This document shows positions 13,201-25,200 of a stretch of 64,000 nt of DNA, piece after piece. How positions within the stretch are numbered: position 1 is the stretch's first letter; the number at the start of each line of letters is the position of its first letter. Source of the DNA: Owenia fusiformis (lineage: Eukaryota). The notes under the pieces are model-generated. The model did not search any database. It had not been told where the DNA came from and saw only the letters and a program-made list of their open reading frames with translations. Made by a program: the position numbers and the translations under genes. The stretch spans positions 45,012,001 to 45,076,000 of the forward strand of contig CAIIXF020000001.1 in NCBI GenBank assembly GCA_903813345.2. The letters run 5' to 3'.

Positions 13201-16200
13201 TGTTTATTGCAGATAGAAAATATTGCTTTGGTAGCTGATGTATTCTCAGTGAAAAAAATTATCGAAATTTCAATTTTTTTGTGCATTTGGCTCAGGGGTA
13301 ACCTTATCTTACCTCAATAATTTTTAAGATAGTCAATGTATGCATCTCATATGAACTCAGAATGGTGCTTCTAGTCTTGTTTTGTCATATTATTGCTAAT
13401 TAGATGTATAAAAAAGATTGGAATTAAAAAAAATTCAAATTTTTATTTTCGATTCTGAATGGCCAGGGGTAACCATATTGTACCTTAATAATTTTCAAAA
13501 TATGTAATATATCCATCTCAAATGAGCTCAAAATGGTGCATCTAGTCTTGTTTTGTCATAAAATTGCTAATTAGAAGTAAAAAAAGATTGGAATTTTTTT
13601 TAAATTTAATTTTCATTTTCGCTTCTGAATGGCCAGGGGTAACCATATTGTACCTTAATAATTTTTAAAATATGTAATATATCCATCTCAAATGAGCTCA
13701 ATATGGTGCATCTAGTCTTTCTTTATCATGTTAACCCTAATAAGATGTAGAAAAATGATTGATAATTCTTAAAACTCTAAATTTTCATTTAAGCTTCAGA
13801 CAGTCCAGGGGTAACCATATTTAAGCATAATAATTTTCAAGATATGTAATATATGCATCTCAAATGAGCTCAAAATGGTGCATATAGTCTTGTTTTATCA
13901 TACCCCAAATAAGATGGAGAAAATTACTGGACATTTCTTAAAAATCTGAATTTTCTATTTGACCATATTTTTAACATAATAATTTGCAATGCATAACATA
14001 TGCATCTTAAATGAGCTCAAAGTGGTTCATATACCAGAAGTCTTGTTATCATATTTCCCCTAATGATATATAAAAACATAATTTGACATTTCTAAATATC
14101 TAATATCTAAAAATCTAAATTTTATATTTGATGTTTTGACAGCCCAGGGGTAACCATACTTAAGATAATAATTTTCAATGTATGTTACATATATGCATCT
14201 CAAATGAGCTTGAAATGGTGTATATAATCTTGTTTTGTCATATCATTTCTGAGGAGGTGGAAAAAATGATCAGATTTTGATTTAGCTTTTGACTGGTTAT
14301 AGGTGGCCTCATTTTACCATAATAATTTTCAAGATATGTCACATTTGCAACTCAAATAAGCTCAAAATGGCATTTTGTCATACGAGTATTCATATATTCA
14401 TACTGAGATATAAAACGATAAATCAATGAAGTATTATATAAAGATATAAGGTTTAAGAACACTTGCATCACCTCTGGGTACACCTTCCATTCCTCCAAAT
14501 CAGATGATTTAGAGTAGTACTTAAATGCAGATGTGACATCGCATAGAATGATTGAATGAAAAATGGGGAGGACTAAACTTTGGTCATGGCCAATTGATCT
14601 TGCAATATCATGCACAGATAGTTATTGAATGGATTTTCTTTTACCAAATGCAATCCAAGATGTAGTGGGAACAAGAGGGAGCTGTCCTCCTTCCAGGCAT
14701 CAACACTGAAACCCTCAAGAACATGGCAAGATGATAGTGACCAAGTAATGCAATGTCTTAGGCGCCTTCAAGGATATTTCTCCATACGAGAGACTGCTTC
14801 AATCATTGCCTAACAGTTGATTTTGATGTGGTTTATCCTGGTGGCAACTTGTGCTGAAAAACTGAAAATGTCATTTTGGATTGCATATGGTAAGGGGAAA
14901 TCCTTCCAATACCTACCTGCCCACAATATTACAAGACCACTTGGCCATGACCAAAGTTTAGCCCTCCCAATTTTTCATGCAATCACTGGATTTGATATGT
15001 CACCTTTGCATTCTACTACTTCTCTAAATCATCTGATTTGAAGGAATGGAAGGTGTATACCCAGAGCTATTGCAGTTGTTTTTAAACTTTGAATCTTTTT
15101 TAGAAACATTGCAGTTGTAGAGTCATTTGTTATTCTGATGCATTCTAACCCACAGTTTCTATCACCACATGAATGTGGTTGGACTACTCCCACTGCTGAT
15201 ACTGAGGCCACAACATATGAAAATGTAGGTCCTATGAGGCGGATATCTGTATAATAACAAAAGATGTTGCATCCGAGGCATGGAAAAAACTTGTTTAATG
15301 TTTAAGGAGTGTTGTGGGAACATATGCAAATGTTTGAAATCATATCTCATTTGCTTTGGAGACTGTCAGAATCTATAAATCCTGACCTGTTTGATTATGT
15401 TTTATGGATTTGGATTATATTTTCAAATGATTATACACAGAATCTTAATAATGCTACAACTCAGTATAAACTGGACTGTCAAACATTTTCAAATCTTAGA
15501 AAAGTGCTCGATAAAACTATAGTACAGTATTGAGCTACTGGTACTAAAAAGGAATAAATGTATGTTGTGATTCTTTATATAAATAAATAAATGGATGTTG
15601 AGATTTTTTATAATTTTTTTAATCATTATTTCTTATTTCAGAAGGAATAAATGGCAAAACTTGACTATAATCAACATTTTGAGCTCGTTTGAGTAACAAG
15701 TGTGATATATCTTTATTTAAATTATTACGGTAAAATGGCCGTAAGAATTAGTTTCTTTGTTTTGCGTCCCCTTGCTTGCATGATTTTGAGTAATCAGAAA
15801 AAAACAAACACATCCAAATAGCAACCACAATGGTCTGAAAGTAACATCGCATTTCATTCAATCAGAATCAGACGAAATGGCGGATAAATTGATGTGCGTC
15901 AAAATTGACAGTGTTATTGATTACTTGGGCATACATTGTGTATTTTTTTTTACCCTTGAATAATACCTATATTTAAATATATTGTATAAATGTATAGATC
16001 TGTGTTTGTATCACTGCAAATTGGTATGTCATTCCTTTTAATGCCCATAAAATATACATTTCTCAGCAAACAAGTTTGTGTTTTTTGAGTTTGTGTTTGT
16101 TTTCCTTGTACCCTTGCATGATTTGGATTTTGCCAGGACGCAAAACAGAGAATCTAATTCTTATGGCCTACTATGAAAATATCATTTTTCAAGTTTCCAA

Positions 16201-19200
16201 ACATTTTTTACATTCCCTAGAAATAATATATGACAAAAGAAGATTAAAAAAACCTTTAAAGCTCATTTGAGATGCTTACGTCGTGTGCTTTGAAAATTAT
16301 TAAGGTAAAATATGGCTACCCATAGGCCACAATAAGCTAAAATGAAAATTTAGATTTTTAAGAAATGTAAAATCATTTTTCTACATCTAATCAAGGGCAA
16401 TCTGATAAAACAAAGCTATATGCACCATTTTGAGCTAATTTGAGATGCATATATTACATATCTTGAAAATTATTAAGGTAAAATATGGTAACCCCTGGCC
16501 TTTTAGAAGAGAAAATGAAAATTCGGATTTTTGAAAAATTTCCAATAATTTTTTTACATCTTATTAGGAATAATATGACAAAACAATACTCTATGCATCA
16601 TTTTGACCTCATATGAGATGCATACATTGTATATTTTAAAAATTATTAAGGTAAAATAAGGTTACCCCTGAGTTGCATGCACTTAAAAATTGAAATTTCG
16701 AGAATTTTTTTCTCAAAAAACACATGAGCCACCCATGTTATATTTTCTATCTGTGATAAACACTTAAACCTCTACTACTATGAATTTTTTCAGGACTATC
16801 AGACATCACATTCTTGAAATACAGTACTAGATGTTCCGTATTTGGCCCTTTAAACAACGAATTATTCTTAGATAATTGGGTTAAAATGAGTTTTTCTTGC
16901 TACAGACAACTTCTTAATTGGGTTTTACACAATTTCAAGGCTCAAAGCAATCACCAAATGAAGTCATTTAAAGAAAAATACTTTAAAACCATTTTTATTT
17001 AATTTTAACAATATACCCCTCCCAGTCTGGTAGGGGCGGGGGGTCAGAGGCTAAAAAATCCATGAAGACCACCCCAAATCACTTGCCCTGAAATCATTTT
17101 TTACTCAGATCATATGATTCTACAACTGTGCCAAGTTTGTTGCTTTCCTGAAAAAGCCGAACAAAAAAAGGACATCTGACCCCGCTAAATGTAACAAAAG
17201 GATAAATGTATCCAACACCGACCGTGCATAACAGATGTATTTCATACCTACTGAGGTTCTAGGTTCATCATACCTTATAAAGATCCAAAATTCCAAAACA
17301 TAATTAAGGTACGCATTTTGTTGGTCTTAAAGTTTGCGAGATTTTCAAAAAATGTGCAAAAAAAAAGAAATTAAAAAAAAGTGAAAAAATTGAAAAAAGA
17401 AATATTTTGATTTTTTTTAAATTAAAAAAAAATTTGAAAAATTCAATATTTTTTTAAAAATGTGAAGTGAAATTACCGGAAGCGGGAAGATATGCACCGA
17501 AGCGGGAGATATGGCGGGAGATATGGAGGTTCTGGATATGGAAACCTCAAAATCAGGATACGGGATATATCTTACCAACTTATCTCCCTAAAACTCTACT
17601 TGGCATAGGATAAACAGGATTATTTTATCCCATGGGTTGCCCAGAACCATCTGATGTTCCCAGCCATAGTCCTCCACTACAGGCAAGATCACATTAATTC
17701 AATGTGTCGCAATCATCTATTGGCTTTCTATCCTGCATTAGGAACTAAAGACATCCATTTTTTTGGATCAAAATTCAGTTAGGCCTCATCATGGGAAAGC
17801 CAAATACATGAAGTCATATTTGAAAAAGATGTTCCTAGAAAAGGACCTTATACACCCTCCATTGGGATCTCCCCATGGGAAAAAAATAATTCATCTGATT
17901 TTTCAAAATGAGTAGTCTGCTTCAATTATTACAATTATATGCACACTAGTATCTTGTTGACCTATATTCAGCACTGTATTGATGTAAAGGCCACTTATTA
18001 GGGTCATAATTCAATCATGAAGTGTAGAGGCATAGATTCCAAACCAGGAAGTATTTTTGTGTCTTTCAAAATCCATTTACATCCTACGCATCCCTGCATC
18101 TTATCCAAATATGTTACTACATAATGAAATATAATAGTATAATCTTTGGTTTTACAAACTTGTATGATATTTGATAATTGTAAAAGTTGTTTTAGGAGCA
18201 TTTTTCTATAGCCATTTTGTAGGGGAAAAAATGATGAAAAAATGTACAATCTTTTAATTTTAAGTATGACCTGAATCGATTGCAAACTCCATATTTGCAC
18301 ATTTGATGAGATAAACAATTTGTGTCGTATTGTGAAATTATTAAGTTTGCAATAGATTCAGGTCATAGTGTATTTTTGGTATTTCTGTGATAGTCAATGG
18401 AAACCAATGGCCTCTATTGGGATCTGCTGATATCCTCATGTTAAGTCAATGGTGCACAGCCCCATGTAAGTCAATACAATCTTACTGAACGAAATGATCC
18501 CTATCTCAGCTTATGTGTGTCCGAGCACTTTCATATTTTCCAAAGTATTATATGACATTTTATTCTTCATGTTACACCTACGAATGATTCATTTTGACCA
18601 TAGGGATATTTGCCAATAATTGCACCTTGTCCTTTCTATAATTTCTAGTAGAAATTATCTTTTAATTTTAATCCTATTGTACATGTATATATTTAATACA
18701 TTTTGCTTTGTGCCATTCTCATTATAGAAGAGTGACCCTGGCTCACCAGCGAGGCTGTCCAGACCTCCAGTTAACACTAGCAGTCCCTCTCTGAGAGCTC
18801 CCTCCATCAAGCCTCGGATACTTTTTACTGGGGTTGTGGATGATCAGGGCCAGAAGGCAAGTGAATCTTACATCTATCAATCACAGTTTCTGCATAGACT
18901 GATAGAGATTTGTATTTTTCTTGCATATCTTCCCATTAACAATGAGATCAAAAGATTAAGTCAACAATAAAGCAGTATGAGTACCAAGATAGCAAGCATA
19001 CCATAAACATGTACATCCAAAAAGTATATTACGCATAAAGTTAACGCATAAATGAATTTCATAGCACTCAGAGACTGTATCAGGAATTAAGTAGAAAATT
19101 AATTTCTTTGTTATTGAGGGAATTTAGGTCACCTTTGTGAAAGTAAAATCATTGACATTAACAGCAGTGATCCAGTTCTAACCATTTTTGTATACTTTAT

Positions 19201-21380
19201 ATTTATGATTCGTATGTTTTAGACATTGAAGTCATTGGGAGGGGAGCATGTACAAACAGTTGCTGATTGCACACATCTTGTCACTGATAAGGTAATCTGT
19301 CTTTCTTTATACCTAGCTTTTGGTGTTGTTCAATTTCCGACAGTAAATACTAAATATCACAAATATGAGATGTAGCTAGCCCCAATTAATTGAAAGTGGC
19401 TATGTTAACTGTTTTCAATGTTATTTTGCTTGCATTATTTAATATGCATTGATGGATGTCCAGAGGTTCAATGCGAGACTCCTCAATTAAGACAGTATTG
19501 TATATAAACGAATTGTAACTGCATTTTTTATCTCTCTGCACAATTAAGAACACAGAATCCCTTTAATGATTACACAGTACAAACAAACAAAATAAAAAAC
19601 ACCATGCAAATAATTGCATTAAGTTGCCCTGTGCATGCATGATAATCTCGGAATCTGATTTCAATATGTGACATTTATTATGTCCCTTGTTTATGAATAT
19701 GGCACAATATGGCTTTGTTACAGGTGAGGAGAACAGTGAAGTTCCTTTGTTGTATTGCTAGGGGTATACCCATTGTTTCAACCGTGTGGCTGGAGAGGTG
19801 CAAAGATGCTAAAACATTCCTAGGTAAAGTGACTCATACAATACATACATGTACAATGTACTTTACTGTATACAATTACAACATACTAAAACTCGTTTAA
19901 TCATGAGGAGGACTGCAAGATAAGTGGTGACAGTAGAAGAACATAAATATATGTAAATCCCATATGTTTCATAGTGTGCACAGTATAACAGTTGTAAAAT
20001 ACACTTTGAACAGTACTTACTGATGCTCTTGTGTGAAAGTAGTAATAAAAATCAATTGTTTTTATTAAAATAACAGCTGATTGGCGTTATGAGTAGAGCA
20101 GCTTGCTTATCATATGAGTAAACGAATTTTGATTGGTTGTGTTGAAAAGATGTTTATTTTTTATTTTAGATGCCACTCCATTTATCATTAGGGATCAGGA
20201 AAATGAGAAGAAATTTTCTTTCTCTATGGAGACGTCTTTGAAAAAGGCCACACAGAGGCAACTATTTGAAGGCTACCAGATTCATGCCACAAAATCAGTC
20301 AAGCCTGATGCATCACAAATTAAAGGTAACTTAGATAATATTTACTCCGAAGATTGAAAGACACCTACGTGAATCTTAAGGGACAATGTAAAACCATAAA
20401 AACAAAGCTGAATGTGTAGATTTGGACAAAAAAAAGTTCCCCAAAATTTGCAGAATTTTATGTGATCATTCTTACATCTATAAAGTATTGAGAGTTATCC
20501 TATTATGTGGATATTAGAATTCACAGAAAACCTTACACTGCTTTTTATTTTCAGAAATAGTAGAAAGTGCTGGAGGAAAGGTGAGAGTTATTATTCACAA
20601 TTAATTTATTATCCATAAATTAAAATGATGCACTGATACTTATTACTTACATGTACATGTAAATGATTTGGAAAATATTCACAAATAGATGAAGAAACTA
20701 ATTTTTTGTTCTGATCACCAGGTTTATTTAGCAGACACATTTTCTTTTTATGCTAATTTAATCTTTTTATGCACATTTACTTGAAATGTATTTTCTCTAA
20801 AAGAGTGATACTGTACCTGGGTTTGAAAGCTTTCTAATGTTTTATGGAATCAAACTATTTGTAAATCTTACACAGAATTTACTGAACTGTGAACTGCTTT
20901 CAGTTTTGCAATTCAAATATTTAAAACAAAATTTGATTGGTCTTCAGTACTTAAGCAGCCCTATGAAGAAACCTGGAAACAAGTACGTTGTCATAGCAAC
21001 AGAGGATGACCACAAGTTATGCCAGCCAATGATTGACATGGGAATCACTGTAGTCTCCAATGAGTTCATTCTCACAGGAGTGCTTCAACAAGAACTCAGT
21101 ATGCAAATGTATCCTTTGAGTAAATACCATTACTCCTCAGAAAGTGTTGAATGTTAACATGAAAACCATCATTCAAATCATCATTTGTTGAGTTAAATGT
21201 ATAGTATAAGAATGATGAAAGGCAAACTGTATTCAATATACTTGTAGTTATGCTTTGAAAAGACTGTACTGGCAAACTAAACTCTGACTTTATAAAGAGT
21301 GCTTATACCAGTTGTAAAACAGTTTTCCTTGACCTTACTTCAGGTACAGATTGTTTACATCAAGCAAAAGGAAGAGATGA
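1234..21380 (+). CDS. MDC1: Mediator of DNA damage checkpoint protein 1 orthologue. Coding exons: 1234-1317, 1610-1673, 4240-4295, 4549-4641, 5051-5143, 6127-6186, 6703-6805, 7206-7322, 7932-8068, 8366-11939, 12269-12420, 18728-18856, 19223-19291, 19724-19823, 20170-20325, 20555-20580, 20948-21108, 21344-21380
   Basis: The spliced frame is continuous. It contains an N-terminal TQAID motif, an FHA domain (YVIGR...SKEHC...DMESRNKT...LVFGDV), GSDTDS, many TQAY/TQAF/TQPF motifs, and C-terminal tandem BRCT (PRILFTGVVD...LGG...CTHLVTDKVRRTVKFLCCIARGIPIV...EFILTGVLQQE) closely matching vertebrate MDC1 BRCTs. Confidence 0.93.
1828..4135. mobile_element. Non-autonomous TIR DNA transposon, Transib/RAG-like (CAC...GTG ends, 5-bp TSD), in an MDC1 intron
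   Basis: ~69-bp TIRs starting CACGGTGACCAAGAGTTAACAGTGCAAATCGGCCCGGTCGTG with one mismatch; TCATG duplicated at 1823-1827 and 4136-4140; no transposase ORF. Confidence 0.85.
1927..2620 (+). CDS. Putative 48-aa two-exon C2H2 zinc-finger peptide inside the Transib-like element (1927-1939 + 2487-2620)
   Basis: ATGGAGCAAAAAG|gtaag ... tttcag|TT gives MEQKVPRNKCHACSFKSAHKNTFLEHYEKVHPTDLFRIDIPIHDLVLK*, with exact C-x2-C-x12-H-x4-H spacing. Confidence 0.45.
5208..5537. mobile_element. MITE with TTAA TSD (piggyBac-like)
   Basis: TTAA|CTCATTGCTGATCA ... TGGTCAGCAATGAG|TTAA. Confidence 0.7.
6390..6615. mobile_element. MITE / fold-back element
   Basis: TTTTATCACGCGTCTAGGAGCTTTTAAGCATTTTGATTTGGTCA pairs imperfectly with TGACCAATCAAAATGCTTAGAAACTCCTAACCATGTGATAAAA. 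Confidence 0.65.
6912..7088. mobile_element. Tc1/mariner-pogo-type MITE, decayed
   Basis: CAGTAAAACCTG ... CAGGTTTTACTC ends in TA-rich context, with internal GTGTTCACTAGAGAG-like subrepeats. Confidence 0.6.
11220..11720 (+). repeat. Coding repeat in MDC1: ~8 units of ~24 aa (TTRGSRSKKIKVEDDEPVE-like)
   Basis: TRGSRSKK, TRGARTNKK, TKGSRSKK, TRGSRSTK, TRGSRSKK, TKGSKSK, TRGTRSKK and TRGSRSKK in the 8342-11965 ORF. Confidence 0.9.
14460..14615 (-). pseudogene. Inverted duplicate of the Academ XPG-like remnant
   Basis: HDIARSIGHDQSLVLPIFHSIILCDVTSAF...WKVYPE on the minus strand is homologous to ~14920-15065 on the plus strand. Confidence 0.7.
14817..15070 (+). pseudogene. Academ transposase XPG/PIN-like domain remnant
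   Basis: FWIAYGKGKSFQYLPAHNITRPLG...LPIFHAITGFD resembles the WI.FG.G...Y...H.I...LG...LP.FHA.TGCD signature; the frame is broken afterwards. Confidence 0.75.
18857..19222 (+). other. GC-AG intron in the MDC1 BRCT1 coding region
   Basis: CAGAAG|GCAAGT donor. This phase-0 junction joins ...VVDDQGQK to TLKSLGG... in frame; the nearby GT at 18861 would shift the frame. Confidence 0.8.
21109..21343 (+). other. U12-type (minor spliceosome) GT-AG last intron of MDC1
   Basis: 5' site GTATCCTTT; branch site TTTTCCTTGAC ending 10 nt before the exon start; splicing yields ...SMQMYRLFTSSKRKR*. Confidence 0.85.
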
Positions 21381-22234
21381 GAAAGTTCGGTTCAAACATT
21401 AACAGTGAACGGTTTTAATCATAATTTGAACATTTATAGTACATATATAATAGTGAACTGAATTGAGGAATTGGACTTTGTTTATGAACTGAATTGCAAT
21501 GCAATGGAATGAGGATATAATGAAATGGCACAAGTTTTATTATTATAATGTTTTAGTTTGTGAAATCAAGAAAATAAAGATGATACAGTGAATAACAACA
21601 AATATTAATATATTTTTCAAATACTATATATCAGCGGCTATGTTTTTATCAAAATATTTACAAATTCTAGATAATACCACATGTATACTGTACATGGCAT
21701 CGTATTACTCTAAAGAAAAATTTCAGAATTTTCTTCTGAAGAAACATTATAAAGCACAGTTTATATGTACAATATATTTCTGAAATGAAGATTTTGATAG
21801 TTTTAGAATACTACCAACTGATTCCTGAATTATCTATTTTATTGTAGCTTTCTATCTAAAACAATACATCATATGAGTATTTAATGGCAAAAGTCAACGG
21901 AGATACAAACAAATCAGATCACGGTTTGAATTAGTTTCATATTCATTTTGCAATGATTTTCCCCAAAATAATCCTGTAGACGAGATGCATAAGAAAAAAT
22001 ATGTATGAATTACCATAACATGTAGGCTACAACATTCGCCAACATTGTATCTCCATTGACTCTGCCTTCAAGTTTGATGATTCTACTTTTAAAATAAATA
22101 AAAATGATCACTTAATCAACTTACAAATCACATTTTGATAATTTTAAATGTCACAGAGAATGGAGCATTAATTGAAGTCAGATTAACAAATAGTTTTGAA
22201 TTTCCATGTTGTTACAATATGAGAACTCTAAAGT

Positions 22235-25200
22235 CTAAAGATCTGTTCCCTGGTTTACTTGTCCAGGAATATTTTCAGCACTGTTAAACACGTCATGTCC
22301 TATTGCCCTGGCCCTGTTCTTAGACTTTACTGCCCTTATACGTTCAGCATTAACTTTATTCCTCTCAAGGTCTTCATCGTTATGTTCGTTGATTACCTCC
22401 GTATTGGCATACTCTGATTCATTAGGAGGTTCAGCATATTCATTCTCAGTGTTATCTTTAACTTCAACCCAGTTTGTTTTAAGTGTAGTGTCATAGATGT
22501 TGTCATCTGGTTTCACTTCTTGTTTCGCTGGTGGGTTAACATAATTGGTGTTAAGTTCATAAACGTTGTGGGGTTGGGGATTCTGGTGATGTGGATTGTT
22601 GTTCTTGTATCCATTGATTGGACTGGGACCGTCATCAGTCAGTTTTCTACCACCACTAATTGAAGAAACAAGTTCAGAGATGCTTACTCAGAAGATTCTC
22701 AACCATAGGAGTTCTGTGAACTTTTACATCGGCTATGATTAGCAGGTTTTAATTTAAACAGTGCAAAATATCGATTCACTCTCAATCTTGTTCATTTAAA
22801 GATTTATGACAAAAGTATTCAAAATATTTATTCCAAAATCTAATTACAGAGATATCTACATGTAAATGATAGTCACTTTAGATAAATTGCTTTCAGTATT
22901 TTTGTGTTATTCTTACCGTGATTTCTTCAAAGCTCGATGGCAGACAAAGGCGCCAAAGATACAAGTAAAGATCAACAATGCCCCAGCAAGGGACAAGGCT
23001 ATGACAACGCCAACATCCAAACCGCTGTACGTTCCCGAATCATCATCTCCAGACTCAGCGGGTCCTGGTTCAGAGGTAGGCCAATTATTAAATTGATCTT
23101 CGGTTGTAGTTTCTGGCTCAGGGGTCGGTGGTTCAGTGGTTGGTTTCTTTGTGGTAGTAGGCACAGTGGTCGTCGTGGTAGTGGTAGACGTTGTAGTAGG
23201 AGCTTCAGTTGTGGTTGTTTCTTCAGGCATCACAATCTGGCAGAGATAGTTCCTAGGCTGATCACAAGGAGTTATCTGCCACATATACCGGCCCTCGTTT
23301 TCCACCATTGCTACACATTGGTCTGTAGATACGTTGGGATGGTTTTCTGACCAGTGGAACTCCATTACAGGATCACCTTCAAAGAATACAAGCTGTAGTA
23401 GGTTCATATTATCATTTTATTATGTCACCACCGCAAGTGATGACATTGTTATACTCCAACTCTTCAACTTTTTTGGGGACGGTGTTCGGCGTTCGGATTT
23501 CGCCTTCTGTAAAAAATGGCTGGAGGTAACATTTTACATGTTATCCAAGGCCTTGTTTCATTTATTGTAACGTGAATTCAATGCTAAAATTTCAATAGCT
23601 CAAGGCACACTCGACTTTACCTGTACTCCATTGCCAGCGTGTTTTTACCAAATTAATCCAGTATTTTTCTCTATCACCAATACGAGATCGTAATCGTTGT
23701 TTAAGATCATCTTGAAATTGTTCTGATTCGATTTCTAAAAGATTGCCCATCTTTGACTGGCATGCATTAGTAGCTTCAAACCAGGAACGTTTCTCTGTGG
23801 AAAGAGTAACGCAGCTACTGTTTATAAAGATTCCATCCATTCCCCTACAGTCTTCCTCACTCCGATCTATAACATATCATATACGTTGATTAGATATTGA
23901 AATATTATTCATTTTCGACACATTTTGAAAATAAATAATTCTCCATTGGGATTTTAGTGTCACTCTCAAAATGTCCTTTCTTGACTGTGAATGATGGATT
24001 AGGTGTGGTCACCATACAAAACAATCGTGAGCCCGAGTGAGATACCACATTTGGAAGGGACACGAATTACACTAAAGAGTACGAGATTAAAGCAACATGA
24101 TATATTTTGTAATCATGAATAAATTGAACTTGAAGGCTATTTCCTCTGAAGCTAGTGATGCTTAATTATGTGTATTGACATTTACCTATGTCGCAGAGAT
24201 AATAAAATGACATTGTGCATGTCTCATCAAACCAAATCCCTTCTCTATTAGTAGCTGCACAGTCCTGGTGGTTTTTGTAGTTGTTTGGCTGGGTCTCTGC
24301 CCATGATGTGAACAAACCTATTAGCAAGTAAAATATACAAATGCATGCAAATACTTAGTCTATGTATTCCTACATTCTGTTGATACACTGAAAGGTTCAG
24401 ATCAGTCATGAACGTCCAACCGTGTGACAAAAACATGAAATCAGAAGAGGGGCGCCCTCATATTTCGACCTCTTAACGTTTATAATAGATACTATATCTA
24501 GTAGAAGTATACAAATGAAAGGTGTTAACACTTCGCAAATATGATATTCCCTTTCATATTCGATAAGATTTTCCTGCAGTACTCAAATACAGGGGTGTAT
24601 GATTATTAACTGTACGAACCACCAATGGCCAGAACTGTATTTTTCCAACTATCCCCGCATAACCTATCCCCCTGTCCGGAGCATGGTGTGGCACACCATT
24701 CCTCCCTGCTCTCGGGAACACCATACTTGTTGAAGCTATTTCCACACCAACATTCTCGTCCAGCCTAGAATATTAAAAATCAGCATAGTACGTATTAGGG
24801 CATAGAAAGAAAATGATTCTTGGATTGATAGAAAGATGATATAGTTAATGTTATGGTCACGCTATGTTGGAGTATTGTTTGTTTGTGGCGTTATCAAGCT
24901 CATCGTGTTATTTGTATGGTCACGCTATGTTGGAGTATTGTTTGTTTGTGACGTTATCAAGCTCATCGTGTTATTTGTATGGTCAAGCTATGTTGGAGTA
25001 TTGTCTGTTTGTGACGTTATCAAGCTCATCGTGTTATTTGTATCGTCAAGCTATGTTGGAGTATTGTCTGTTTGTGGCGTTATCAAACTCATCTTGTTAT
25101 TTTTAGGGTCATGCTGTGTTGGAGTGTTGTTTGCTTGTGGCGTTTTCAAGCTCGTCGTGTTATTTGTATGGTCACGCTATGATAAAGTATTGTTTGTTTG

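Larger units (their letters stand above)
12766..17187. mobile_element. Decayed Academ (XPG-type) DNA transposon
   Basis: TAGCGGGATCAGATGTCC ... GGACATCTGACCCCGCTA termini, AAT TSD (12763-65 / 17188-90), inverted homology over several hundred bp including ~180-bp tandem subrepeats, and internal XPG-like coding remnants. Confidence 0.85.
12458..17614 (+). mobile_element. Hairpin-headed non-autonomous element with asymmetric subterminal inverted repeats, interrupted by the Academ insertion
   Basis: Long imperfect palindrome at 12458-12596. TTTATCCTATACCAAGTAGAGTTTT (12600-12624) is inverted at 17590-17614. Short GCGGGAGATATG repeats occur near 17480-17530. Confidence 0.65.
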
